Virus record (IMG/VR): IMGVR_UViG_3300005831_000020
Location: 1-58,202 of that record
DNA from: a virus
DNA: 58,202 bases
Reading direction: 5' to 3' (one strand)
Below are positions 46,571-55,662 of the stretch, one piece after another. A program made the position numbers and the translations under genes. Each line of letters opens with the position of its first letter. The first letter of the stretch is position 1. The notes beneath the pieces were generated by a model. It had not been told where the DNA came from. It made no database searches and saw only the letters and a program-made list of their open reading frames with translations.

Positions 46571-46750
46571 AACAATCCAGGCTTTGTTGCATGAATCAGC
46601 CGATGCCTATCCTTGCTTAATATTTCATACTATAAACAAGCTACAGGTAGCAAAAATTATACCCTTAAATTGAATATCAAATACGATTATCTATTATTGA
46701 TAGATATTTGATGGGCAATCCCTGATTCATACAACAACACCAACAATCCA
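46571..46750. mobile_element. MITE-like palindromic element with a 9-bp flanking direct repeat
   Basis: AACAATCCA occurs at 46571-46579 and 46742-46750. The inverted repeats TGTTGCATGAATCAG (46585-46599) and CTGATTCATACAACA (46722-46736) match at 14 of 15 positions. An internal palindrome TCTATtattgATAGA is present. Confidence 0.45.
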
Positions 46751-46847
46751 CAAAAAATCTTGATAACTTTGTGAATTATATTTGCTAGAGTAAGCCTGCT
46801 CGGGATTTACGGGTAACGCTTATGAAATAGGCACTAGTAATTATTAG

Positions 46848-47333
46848 TTAAAATAAATTAACTTCAATTTTCTCTTGGTAATTTAGTACAAAATCAAGTA
46901 GGGCAAGACTATCGGCTTCATTATCGTCAATGGGAGAAAATCCCTTGTTTTTAACAGCTGTTATTACGCTAGTCTTAGGAGCGTTACCTTTACCTGTAAT
47001 ATGTTTCTTAATTGTTCCAACAGGTATGCCGCTGTAGGGTATCCGGTGATGTTCGCACCAAGCGGTCAGGTGAGCAAGGAATCCGCCGTATTTATGGGCA
47101 GCATCTACTCCTTTATGGGCTCTTACTTCCTCAAAATAGATTGCATCAATATTCCCTAAAGTCTGCTTAAAATCGGTAAGCCATTGTTTAAAACGTAAAA
47201 AAGGCATGCCGCCGCCTTCAAACCTCCCGGTTTTAAAGCTAGCTGTTCCGGAAGTTATGTTGCCTGCTGCCTCGCGAGTAGCCCAGCCGGTAGTAGTACC
47301 AAGGTCTAGAGCCATAATTATCGGCATATTCAT
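46848..47333 (-). CDS. RuvC-like Holliday junction resolvase
   Basis: IMALDLGTTTGWA carries the first catalytic Asp. YFEEV and a C-terminal DDNEADSLALL follow the RuvC-fold motif order. Confidence 0.7.
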   Translation of the reverse strand: MNMPIIMALDLGTTTGWATREAAGNITSGTASFKTGRFEGGGMPFLRFKQWLTDFKQTLGNIDAIYFEEVRAHKGVDAAHKYGGFLAHLTAWCEHHRIPYSGIPVGTIKKHITGKGNAPKTSVITAVKNKGFSPIDDNEADSLALLDFVLNYQEKIEVNLF

Positions 47334-47488
47334 CTTGAGTTTTCTTTAGTTAGACCAACATCTATCTCTATTTCTTCCTCTATGACTTTTTCTGCGATTT
47401 CTTCAACGGGATTATCAAAGCCGAACCAATATACCGAGCTAATACCGACCACGGCTGCAAAAATAAGAGCTAAGATGTGCATAATCAT
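47330..47488 (-). CDS. Small membrane protein (52 aa)
   Basis: Hand translation gives MIMHILALIFAAVVGISSVYWFGF.... An ATGA overlap joins it to the RuvC-like gene start. Confidence 0.35.
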   Translation of the reverse strand: MIMHILALIFAAVVGISSVYWFGFDNPVEEIAEKVIEEEIEIDVGLTKENSR

Positions 47489-47567
47489 TTTTCTTTTTAA
47501 TTATATCACGAAAGTCTTATAAGCTTTAAAAATCGTATTTTTCTAAAACGGATGGGGGATCGATGCA

Positions 47568-47849
47568 CTAAAATGAATTATTATTATTCTGCGAGAGCAT
47601 AACCAAATAGGCTTTTTTTGCCCATTCTTCCCAGTTTTTAAAGGCAAGTTCTCCGTCCTTTTTACGAACGTCTTTATAGGGACTTGGTACTCCGGCAATC
47701 ATAAATGGCTGGGTACTGATTAAGTCTTGCGCCCATGCTGCCCATTTCGTTTCATCATGGAGGATGGGGAGAGGGAAATCCGAGTAATCATCGCAAACAG
47801 TAGCTGCCCAATATTTAATGCTAATATATTTGGGATAAACGCTAATCAT
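47568..47849 (-). CDS. Hypothetical protein
   Basis: 93-aa ORF overlapping the upstream gene stop. Confidence 0.45.
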   Translation of the reverse strand: MISVYPKYISIKYWAATVCDDYSDFPLPILHDETKWAAWAQDLISTQPFMIAGVPSPYKDVRKKDGELAFKNWEEWAKKAYLVMLSQNNNNSF

Positions 47850-49549
47850 GGCCTACCGTCATCTATTTCAGCTAAAACAAAGGTAGTTCCCATCTGATAG
47901 CCGGAACCGATACCTTCTGATTTAAAAGTAAAATTAATGTTTCTTCCTTGTTTGCGCGTAATTATTGCAGGTCTAATAATATTCTCTAGTTCTCCACCCT
48001 CAGTCAGGTTATAAGTAGTTGTTACAGGAGTACTTGCGGGATATTCATACGTATTGATACTAACAGTCATCTTTATCTTTTTTGTACCTACAATATTAGG
48101 CTCTATCCTTTCTATACCTATGTTGTAATCAATTCCTGCTACCTGTTTTTGTGGATTAAAGGTAGCATAAGAAATTATAGGTGTGGTAAAGAAGGAAGGA
48201 ATAGCTTTAGTTTGCTGCTCTGGTGCTTTATAAAGATTGACCTGATCGTTTCCGACTTCATGTTGCCAGACATAACTGTTATTATCACCTTCGTAAGGAC
48301 TCAGGTTTTTTCCTACAGTGTACATATTACCGCCGGTATTATCGAAATAACCCGCTGCCCTTTCTATATCAGTATCATACCAGGTATTATCTACAACATT
48401 GTAAATAACAGCTCTGGTGCATCCAACATTAGCATCTTTCCCCTTTTCAGGGTAGAACCACCATATTTCATCTCTGCTTACGTTTTTGACGCCAAAGACC
48501 CTCTGACGTTTACTCATATCAAGCGAGTCAAAAAAAGTCTGACGATTAAGATTATTTTCAAGCGGAAGAACTACGCCGTTGAATACAAAAAATCTTTGTG
48601 TACCAGGCCAATAGAATATTCCGTCATATTCAACCACGCTATTTGAAGATAAAATGGAGCTATCTCTTGATAATACCTTTTTGCTAAAAGAAAGGTCATC
48701 AGGATCATCAACAACCTGATTATTGCTACCCGTAGTATTGCTAATAAGAACAACGGAGCTTAAGGTCCAGAAGATTATAGTCGGCGAGTTTGCTCCTCCC
48801 CGCCATTCTGCGCCGTAGATTACTTTATCGGTGCTAATATTGATGGAATATTTATCTTCAAAAAACAGGAATGGGAGTTTCAGCTTTGTTTTCTTACCGA
48901 ATTTTTCTGCAGCAATTGAAGACCATCTAACAAGTCCATTGTTGCCGTAATAAAATAATCTACTTCCCGCGTAGAGCATTCCACCTGTTGCTTCCTGATA
49001 AACAAAATCAGGAAAAGTTGTTTTATAGAAAGCTGTATTTTCTACTGCGATTTCCCTTTTTAAAAAAATAGCGCTAATTGCTTCGCTACTGTTAATATCT
49101 GTGTAGTTTTTCATTCCTAAGCACAATATTACCTTTGTTGGAATAGTATTAATGATGCTTGTTACTACAACAAATTGTGTCAAGGTATTCGTAGGATTAG
49201 GAAATTTTGTAAAATAAACTGCGGTTTGAGCGCCGGCAGCATCATAAGTAACATCTATTAGGCTATATTTATGTTTATTGGTAACAAGAGAAACACCGAC
49301 AAAAATATGTTTTCCCCCGGTACTATCATAGTATATAAGGCAGCTAGTCGGAGTAGAACTTGGCGGAAAATATGCCGGTACCGCATTTATAGATATTACA
49401 TAATTTTTTATTCCGCCAATATTCTGAGGCCAGCCTCTAAAAAACCTGACCCATTGCCCGCCCGTAGAGTAACTTCCTTGAAAAGGGCAGCCGTCACGTA
49501 ATATTCCAGGCTTATAGGTAATAGGGAACATCTGTTTTTGCGTAGCCAT
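47846..49549 (-). CDS. Tail structural protein (tubular/nozzle-like candidate)
   Basis: 567 aa at the end of the tail cluster. The N-terminal pattern PGILRDGCPFQGSYSTGGQWVRFFRGWPQNIGG recalls podovirus tail proteins. Confidence 0.45.
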   Translation of the reverse strand: MATQKQMFPITYKPGILRDGCPFQGSYSTGGQWVRFFRGWPQNIGGIKNYVISINAVPAYFPPSSTPTSCLIYYDSTGGKHIFVGVSLVTNKHKYSLIDVTYDAAGAQTAVYFTKFPNPTNTLTQFVVVTSIINTIPTKVILCLGMKNYTDINSSEAISAIFLKREIAVENTAFYKTTFPDFVYQEATGGMLYAGSRLFYYGNNGLVRWSSIAAEKFGKKTKLKLPFLFFEDKYSINISTDKVIYGAEWRGGANSPTIIFWTLSSVVLISNTTGSNNQVVDDPDDLSFSKKVLSRDSSILSSNSVVEYDGIFYWPGTQRFFVFNGVVLPLENNLNRQTFFDSLDMSKRQRVFGVKNVSRDEIWWFYPEKGKDANVGCTRAVIYNVVDNTWYDTDIERAAGYFDNTGGNMYTVGKNLSPYEGDNNSYVWQHEVGNDQVNLYKAPEQQTKAIPSFFTTPIISYATFNPQKQVAGIDYNIGIERIEPNIVGTKKIKMTVSINTYEYPASTPVTTTYNLTEGGELENIIRPAIITRKQGRNINFTFKSEGIGSGYQMGTTFVLAEIDDGRP

Positions 49550-49552
49550 AAA

Positions 49553-50212
49553 TTACCCTATATCTCTTTTTACACTGCGATCGATGTAACGATCTTTGGT
49601 CAAATTATTAGCAGACGTTAAGCTTTCCTGATATAATTTTGTATAGACAGGCATTCTCTGATCATCCTTTAAATAAATAAGAGCCTCTAAAAAGGCGGCA
49701 TAAAATAGAAGATCAGGGTAATAGTCTGTTAGTATGTTTGTTTGATTGTCATTTGTAATTAAGTCGGGTCGCCCGTTATATATTAACCGATAAACATTAT
49801 TTTGGGCAGGAGTTGGGCTTATAAAAATTTTATCATAAGGTTTAGTATTTGGTAGTATGTCATCTGCATAAAATAGCGGTGGATTATCAATAGTAGCAGT
49901 ATCGCTATTTGGCCAATAATTTGTGCAAAACTCATAACTTCTTAGAAATAAAATTACATTGTTTGTAAATAAGGATTCAGTCGTTCCATAGCTTAGAGAG
50001 ATAGTTTCCTGCCAATCGGCAGGTTTGGAGATAGTAGAATTATTTGCTTGAAACCTACCGTCAACTGCTTTTTGAAAACCAAGAGTATTTAGCTCCTTCC
50101 AGATTTTCTGCTGTCCCATCTCAATAAAATAGGGAATGGAGGCAGCAAATTCAATGCTACCTCCTCTATTGGCATAAGCTATTATCTGATTAAAGAGAGT
50201 AGTATAGTTCAT
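49553..50212 (-). CDS. Virion structural protein (adaptor or tail-tubular-A-like candidate)
   Basis: 219 aa upstream of the 567-aa tail protein. The helical N- and C-termini are typical of connector-type proteins. Confidence 0.4.
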   Translation of the reverse strand: MNYTTLFNQIIAYANRGGSIEFAASIPYFIEMGQQKIWKELNTLGFQKAVDGRFQANNSTISKPADWQETISLSYGTTESLFTNNVILFLRSYEFCTNYWPNSDTATIDNPPLFYADDILPNTKPYDKIFISPTPAQNNVYRLIYNGRPDLITNDNQTNILTDYYPDLLFYAAFLEALIYLKDDQRMPVYTKLYQESLTSANNLTKDRYIDRSVKRDIG

Positions 50213-50222
50213 TGCTCTTTTC

Positions 50223-51833
50223 TTACCACTCTATAATTACTATACCTGAAGTAACTCCTTGGGGAGATAATCCTTCACCGCTTCCTCCACTTCCACCACT
50301 ACCTGAATTATCGGCAGGATTCATGGGACCATTATTATTACCTGTAACTGAAGCTCCCGCGCCGCCTAATATGGAAACTCCTCCGGCACCGGAAACTCCG
50401 GAATTAGTAGCTGCATGACCGAAAGCTCCGGTAAAACCAATATAATTATAATTATCGACCGTATAAATGGTACCAAGTTGCTCCACTAAATAACTCCCTC
50501 CAGCTCCTCCGGTAGTTACACTTGATGATCCATCAGATCCATTCTGACCGTTTTTTGCCGTAAATCTAACTTGAGTAGTATAAGTATTAGCTCTAATTTC
50601 AAATATGCCGTTTACTCCTGTATTATCCGGGTAAACAAAACCACTTGACATATAGACCCAGAAATCCGGGATTGATAAAAGGTTTTTCAAGTATATTACT
50701 AGAGCAGCACCTGCTCCCCCTCCACATCCTTGATAACCACCTACACATTTACCGCCGAATCCGCCGGCCCCGACTAAAGTAACCTTACAGCTATCTATCC
50801 CGTTAACAGGAAAGGGCTCACCTATAGTGCCACCGGTAAAGGTCATTATATTTTTAAAATTATTATCTCTAAAAAAACTTGTAGAAAATCCACTATCTTT
50901 TATTAAGGTACCGGTTGTGCCGTCAAATGAAACGATGTTATTAGCAACTGACGAGGATGGTCCTATCACATTGCCGTTTCCGCCGCTTTTGATTTCAACC
51001 CAAGAGCTATCTTGCCTTATATTAAGGTTTTTAGTATCCGTGTTGTATATTTCAAGCCCGTCTTTAGGGTCAAGAAGAGCATCCCGCTCTACAGTGGTCA
51101 TTCTTGCATGCAGAAATCCTCCTGTACTTGAATTAATTTCCAATAGTGCAGAAGGAGAGGATGAGCCTTCGCCGAGTTCGCCGTTAATGACGGTGCAGAC
51201 TCTGCTATCCGCTCCCGTACCTTGCGTTTGGAAAGTAACAGGGGTTAAGCCGTCAACAAGTATAATACCGGTATCTGCAACATTGTCGTTACTACCGAAT
51301 TGCAAAGCTCCGAGGTTGCTAATTTGATATAGCTCGGTTGCATTAACGTTTTTTCTTGCACGCTTTTGTCTAATCTGATCGACGGTAACTCCGCTATTGG
51401 CGAGATTGATTTTTCCTGCGGCAACATTATACCATACGGGAATTTGACCCTTTTTTACCGTGATTGATGAGGCGCTTACGACTAGATTAGTTGAAACGCC
51501 TGAATCCTTTATTACTTTTCCGCTCGTTTCGTCAAAAGCTACCAGATTACCGTTTACCGCTCTCGGCGGTCCGGTTACGTCCCCGCTTCCTCCGCCGCCT
51601 TCTTTAATCTCTATCCATTTACCGCCGCTGTAATACTCCTGATATCCCGTATCACCGTTAAATACCAGAGTACCGTCCTTGATCGGTTTTTCCGGGTTAT
51701 CGGTATTAACTAAAGCGTCTCTTTCGGAAGTTGTTACAATTGGAGGATTAAAACAACTGTTTTGATCTTGATAGTTAATCTGCAAGCTGTTTAACTGGGT
51801 TATGGGTTTAGTAGTCCCCTTATCTTTCGGCAT
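50223..51833 (-). CDS. Tail fibre protein with duplicated fibre modules and a C-terminal Gly-rich domain
   Basis: Two copies of the module T..ERDAL...G.(L/E)(V/I)(F/Y)N...W(I/V)EIK.GG.G(D/N)V.GP......N.V.FD.T(S/T)G..IKDSG. The C-terminus has GGAG/GGSG runs. The ATG at 51833 is preferred to the TTG at 51884. Confidence 0.75.
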   Translation of the reverse strand: MPKDKGTTKPITQLNSLQINYQDQNSCFNPPIVTTSERDALVNTDNPEKPIKDGTLVFNGDTGYQEYYSGGKWIEIKEGGGGSGDVTGPPRAVNGNLVAFDETSGKVIKDSGVSTNLVVSASSITVKKGQIPVWYNVAAGKINLANSGVTVDQIRQKRARKNVNATELYQISNLGALQFGSNDNVADTGIILVDGLTPVTFQTQGTGADSRVCTVINGELGEGSSSPSALLEINSSTGGFLHARMTTVERDALLDPKDGLEIYNTDTKNLNIRQDSSWVEIKSGGNGNVIGPSSSVANNIVSFDGTTGTLIKDSGFSTSFFRDNNFKNIMTFTGGTIGEPFPVNGIDSCKVTLVGAGGFGGKCVGGYQGCGGGAGAALVIYLKNLLSIPDFWVYMSSGFVYPDNTGVNGIFEIRANTYTTQVRFTAKNGQNGSDGSSSVTTGGAGGSYLVEQLGTIYTVDNYNYIGFTGAFGHAATNSGVSGAGGVSILGGAGASVTGNNNGPMNPADNSGSGGSGGSGEGLSPQGVTSGIVIIEW

Positions 51834-51859
51834 ATTATTCTGCGTTAATTTTATGCAAT

Positions 51860-52468
51860 TTAAGCTGAAGTAATTGTTTCCCAAGCATCCTTATAAGTTC
51901 TAAGGACTGTGTTAGTAACATCAAAATAAGTGAACCCATTGACTTGGTTGGCAGCTACTTCAACATCGTCTCTTGGTCCGGACGGATATACAAAAGGTGC
52001 TCCGTTAGTAAGACCAACTCCGGTGGCAGTAGTAGCAACCGTAAATATAGTCATCCACTTAGTATTAATATATCCTCTGACCTGGTTATTGGTTGTATCA
52101 TTATATATAAAGCCGTTTACCTGATTAGCGGCTACCTCAACAGCTGCTCTTGTGCCGGACGGAACGGAAAAAGGAGATGAAGATAACCCAATTCCGGTAG
52201 CAGTACTTATATTTGTTGTAACACTTTCCCAACCTCCATTTCTGAACATTTGTAGTTTATCAACGCTGATATTAAAAATGATAGTTCCTTCCTTTATTTT
52301 AACTCTTACTCCATTTACTACGTAAGGAGTAACGTTTTCGAGTAGATCTCTTTGGCTAGTGGTAACATTGCTAACGGCAAAGGTAGCGCCCCGATTATTA
52401 GTCCCAGAGGTTTGATCACTGGTAATAGTAAGACCGCTTAAAGCGGTAATATTTGATAAGTCTGCCAT
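51860..52468 (-). CDS. Tail fibre protein with an internal duplication
   Basis: VEVAANQVNGFIYNDTTNNQVRGY and VEVAANQVNGFTYFDVTNTVLRTY repeats. Also carries the fibre motif TTSQRDLL...FNIS...GGWESV. Confidence 0.65.
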   Translation of the reverse strand: MADLSNITALSGLTITSDQTSGTNNRGATFAVSNVTTSQRDLLENVTPYVVNGVRVKIKEGTIIFNISVDKLQMFRNGGWESVTTNISTATGIGLSSSPFSVPSGTRAAVEVAANQVNGFIYNDTTNNQVRGYINTKWMTIFTVATTATGVGLTNGAPFVYPSGPRDDVEVAANQVNGFTYFDVTNTVLRTYKDAWETITSA

Positions 52469-52528
52469 ATGGTTCCTTTTTCTTTTTTATTATAACATAT
52501 AAGTGCTTATCACTCTTAAAAATCGTAT

Positions 52529-52556
52529 AAATGTAATTATTTTAAAAATTACATTT
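52529..52556 (-). terminator. Hairpin overlapping the patatin stop codon (terminator or processing site)
   Basis: AAATGTAATT-N8-AATTACATTT, a perfect 10-bp stem. On the minus strand it is followed by ATACGATTTTT. Confidence 0.4.
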
Positions 52557-53624
52557 TTGAATAAATTGCTGTATCTTTATGGCGTCCTGTCCATATTGTA
52601 GGTTTGACTCAGATTTTAAATATGCTATAGCTTCCGGTGTTGGGTTATCGAGTTTACTTAATTCCTGATCCGCAAGAAAACGTTGGAATCTGTAGTAAGA
52701 TAGATTATTTGTTGCGCCTTTATATAAAGACATCAGTTTAAATTGCAGTTCTACTGCGTCCGTTGCTCCATTTAGCGTTAAATTCAAACTATTAGCAAGT
52801 AATCCGAGTCCATTATTAGGGGCTACTTTTAGGTTACCTGATGTTGTCGTTATTTCGATATCAGGATCAGAATATCCGGTACCGACTGAAAGAATGCAAG
52901 TTGCAACATTCTGCGGGAATAATATATTAGAGAACGCATAACCAAGGCTAGTTGGGTTGTTTTGATACAAACCGCCATCAATAAAGAAGGTATCAGAAGG
53001 CATGCCTTGGATAAGAGTCGGGCGAAAAAATACCGGCGCTGCACCTGTTGCAATAGCAACATCAATACAAGTATAATTTTGTCCGGTAGTAAAACCCGGA
53101 ATTAAAACATTAGAAAATTGATAATACTGGCTACTTGTAACATCGCCGTATGGAAAATTAACATTATCCGTGCTAGGACCAGTTCCGCCTTGAAACCCTA
53201 CAGCAGTAATCAAAGTATTAGTTTTTAATTGAAACATGCGAGTAGTCCCTAAAATAGGACTTAAAGCATCTCGCAGAGGTTGCTGATTGTAGATATAAGG
53301 ATCAACTCCCGGAACTGCCAGCACAGTACCTAAAGTAGCAGACCCTGCCGGACCAAGAGGTTGCAAAGGGTTCACTCCTGCTCTAATAGTAAAAATGCTC
53401 GTTGCATTGGTCGTTAGTAAATTAATAACGTCGGTAGGCGATAGACCAAGTGAGTAAGCTAAGCCTTGAATACCGCCAATACTCGTTCCGCAAATAATAT
53501 CAAAATACTTCCATAATTCATTACCTTTAATCCCGGCATCATTACAAAAATTCTCTAGAAACGTAGCAGAGAACAACCCTCTAATACCGCCTCCATCTAA
53601 AGATAAAATGCGTATTACTTGCAT
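52542..53624 (-). CDS. Patatin-like phospholipase
   Basis: LSLDGGGIRGLF (oxyanion hole), GTSIGG (GxSxG nucleophile) and FIDGGLYQNNP (catalytic Asp, DGG). Confidence 0.85.
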   Translation of the reverse strand: MQVIRILSLDGGGIRGLFSATFLENFCNDAGIKGNELWKYFDIICGTSIGGIQGLAYSLGLSPTDVINLLTTNATSIFTIRAGVNPLQPLGPAGSATLGTVLAVPGVDPYIYNQQPLRDALSPILGTTRMFQLKTNTLITAVGFQGGTGPSTDNVNFPYGDVTSSQYYQFSNVLIPGFTTGQNYTCIDVAIATGAAPVFFRPTLIQGMPSDTFFIDGGLYQNNPTSLGYAFSNILFPQNVATCILSVGTGYSDPDIEITTTSGNLKVAPNNGLGLLANSLNLTLNGATDAVELQFKLMSLYKGATNNLSYYRFQRFLADQELSKLDNPTPEAIAYLKSESNLQYGQDAIKIQQFIQKCNF

Positions 53625-53636
53625 AATTTCTATTGA

Positions 53637-54050
53637 TTAATGCAATTCCTCTGCTGCTACCTCATGCTGATTAAGCGGTATGATTTTACAAATAGCCTGA
53701 CAATCAGTTATAAAGATATTTAAAACTGTTGTTAAATCAGATCCTTTTGGGACGTCTTGCGGAATCTTACTAATTAGATCATTAGCATCATCAATTGACT
53801 GATTTAAACCTGATTTTAATGCTACATACCATATTTTTTGAGTTTTTGGGTCAGAAGCAGTAAAATAATTAAAAAGCTGTCCTCCAATCTGATTAATAAA
53901 CTGAACATCCGATTGTATACTCGCGTATATACTCGGATCATCAAAGACGCTACTTACAAGGCTATTAAAATAAGATAGATCGACCTGGGTACTGGTAATT
54001 AACTTTAAGTCATTTAGGTTGGTACTTATATCTTTTATGGCTGTATTCAT
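53637..54050 (-). CDS. Hypothetical helical protein upstream of the patatin gene
   Basis: 137-aa ORF, 12 nt upstream of the patatin start. Confidence 0.5.
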   Translation of the reverse strand: MNTAIKDISTNLNDLKLITSTQVDLSYFNSLVSSVFDDPSIYASIQSDVQFINQIGGQLFNYFTASDPKTQKIWYVALKSGLNQSIDDANDLISKIPQDVPKGSDLTTVLNIFITDCQAICKIIPLNQHEVAAEELH

Positions 54051-54081
54051 TTTAATTCTCCTAATTATTATTAATAAATTG

Positions 54082-55491
54082 TTATAAACCTTTAAGTTTT
54101 TGTTCCAGAATATCTACTTTCCCGGTTAACTCCTGAATGGCTAAAATTGCGTAGCAAAGAATAGTGTTATAATTAACACCTAGCGAAGGTATATGAGCCG
54201 GTTTTTCTTTTTTTGATAAATCCAGCGGTTTATATAGGTTAGTAGCATTATCGAAAATCTCTGCTACTTCTTCGGCTATGACTCCTATTTGCAATTCATT
54301 CATTTTAAGCTGTTTCCGCATTCTTTTTTTAGTAGAGTCGGTTTTATTAATCGGATATTTTAAGCCGTAAGAGTAAATATTAAGCTTATTTAATCTTTGC
54401 AGATAATCTTTGTGTTCTTTCTTACGTATGCTATGTTTTTTGTTTTTAGAGCAAGGGACAATTTGTCCGGAGCTGTTAATATAGGCTACATAACTGCTCA
54501 TGCTTGCGTTATCTTCATCGGTAAAAATAAACCCAAGAGTATCCATTGGATTGATAAACTGCATAAAATCGCCGTTCATGACAATAGAGGAGGTCTCACC
54601 GCCGGCATTGGTTTCTATAATGGTTGAGGTGATTGAGTTATAGACGTTTAATCCTCTTATATCCAAAAAATTACTGGCAGGACGGATATAGCAATTATAA
54701 GAAGGATCATAAAACGAGGTTTTACCGCTATTACCGGCAATATCCATCCGTTTGACGCCGGCAGTACCGAATTTTAACGCGGCAGTTCCGGTCGCCCAAG
54801 CGTAGGCCTCATTTGTACTATTATTAAAGCCGAACTCTGCATTAGTAGTACCGTTGTTCTGCACGATAAGCCCTGCAGCTATGGCAGCCGGATTAGTATT
54901 ATTGACAATAAACCCGCCGGCATTAGTAACATTTGATGCATTGGTGGTAAACTGACGGGGATTTTCCCAAGTACCGTTGCCGTTTAAAAATAAGGAGCTA
55001 TTTGCAGGGTAGCCGTTTAAACGGTTGATATTTAATTGACCGGTGGTATTTGTATTAATGTCAAAGACCTTACTATCGACATAAGCTTTATTAGAACCGT
55101 CAGTATTATTTACGGGACTCGGAACATTAATAATTTTATTGCCGTTAACATCCAGGTTTTTATAGAATAAAAATTGGTCTGAACCGTTTTCATTAAAAGT
55201 CATTAACTTATTGCCGACAATAGCAGAGTTTTGCTGACTTTGCTGATATTGCAGAGAACTTAAATGAAACATCCCGCTAGTGTTGGTAGAATCAGAATAA
55301 AATCCAACTCTATATCCTTTCTCGTCAATATTTAAAAAATCCAGATTAAGGTTAATAGGATTAGAATCTACAGGTGTTGTAGCATTTTCCAGTCTAAAAG
55401 AACCGTTTGGTTGCTCAAACAAGAACTTCTGCGTATCTCCTAGAATTTTTAAATCCGGCTTTATTCCTCCGACAATTACAGTGGTTGCCAT
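54082..55491 (-). CDS. Tail fibre or spike protein with a C-terminal intramolecular chaperone (peptidase S74-like) domain
   Basis: The C-terminal ..LNKLNIYSYGLKY......ELQIGVIAEEVAEIF... ending in a coiled-coil matches the S74 chaperone-domain pattern. Confidence 0.65.
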   Translation of the reverse strand: MATTVIVGGIKPDLKILGDTQKFLFEQPNGSFRLENATTPVDSNPINLNLDFLNIDEKGYRVGFYSDSTNTSGMFHLSSLQYQQSQQNSAIVGNKLMTFNENGSDQFLFYKNLDVNGNKIINVPSPVNNTDGSNKAYVDSKVFDINTNTTGQLNINRLNGYPANSSLFLNGNGTWENPRQFTTNASNVTNAGGFIVNNTNPAAIAAGLIVQNNGTTNAEFGFNNSTNEAYAWATGTAALKFGTAGVKRMDIAGNSGKTSFYDPSYNCYIRPASNFLDIRGLNVYNSITSTIIETNAGGETSSIVMNGDFMQFINPMDTLGFIFTDEDNASMSSYVAYINSSGQIVPCSKNKKHSIRKKEHKDYLQRLNKLNIYSYGLKYPINKTDSTKKRMRKQLKMNELQIGVIAEEVAEIFDNATNLYKPLDLSKKEKPAHIPSLGVNYNTILCYAILAIQELTGKVDILEQKLKGL

Positions 55492-55661
55492 ATAACCTCC
55501 GTATTATCGTTTAATAAATCCCAGCATGTTTGCAAAGATTTATTATCTACGTAGTCTTTGTCTGCCAGTATTTGCCATGTTAAACCATCATAAAACTCTA
55601 GCCTGGAGGCTTGAGTTTCCGGTGATTTGAGAGCCGATTTAGTATGTTTTGTTTTTTTCAT
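55476..55661 (-). CDS. Small fibre-cluster ORF carrying the second half of the fibre junction motif
   Basis: 61 aa, with ..SRLEFYDGLTWQIL.. at residues 19-32. Starts 1 nt after the upstream stop. Confidence 0.45.
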   Translation of the reverse strand: MKKTKHTKSALKSPETQASRLEFYDGLTWQILADKDYVDNKSLQTCWDLLNDNTEVIWQPL

Positions 55662-55662
55662 T

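Noticed and set aside
46567-46847. tRNA or tmRNA gene in the long non-coding gap after cspA
   Set aside because: I found no cloverleaf or T-loop (GTTCRANYC-like) sequence by eye here or elsewhere. I could not run tRNAscan, so this remains unverified.
48149-48646. 165-aa plus-strand ORF (similarly 50827..51327, 22401..22715 and 13028..13309)
   Set aside because: These are antisense to long, well-supported CDSs, have low-complexity or odd composition, and lack ribosome-binding sites.
52542-53624. Patatin as a CBASS CapV-type defence effector
   Set aside because: No CD-NTase or cyclase gene lies nearby. The neighbours are tail-fibre genes and a 137-aa helical ORF.
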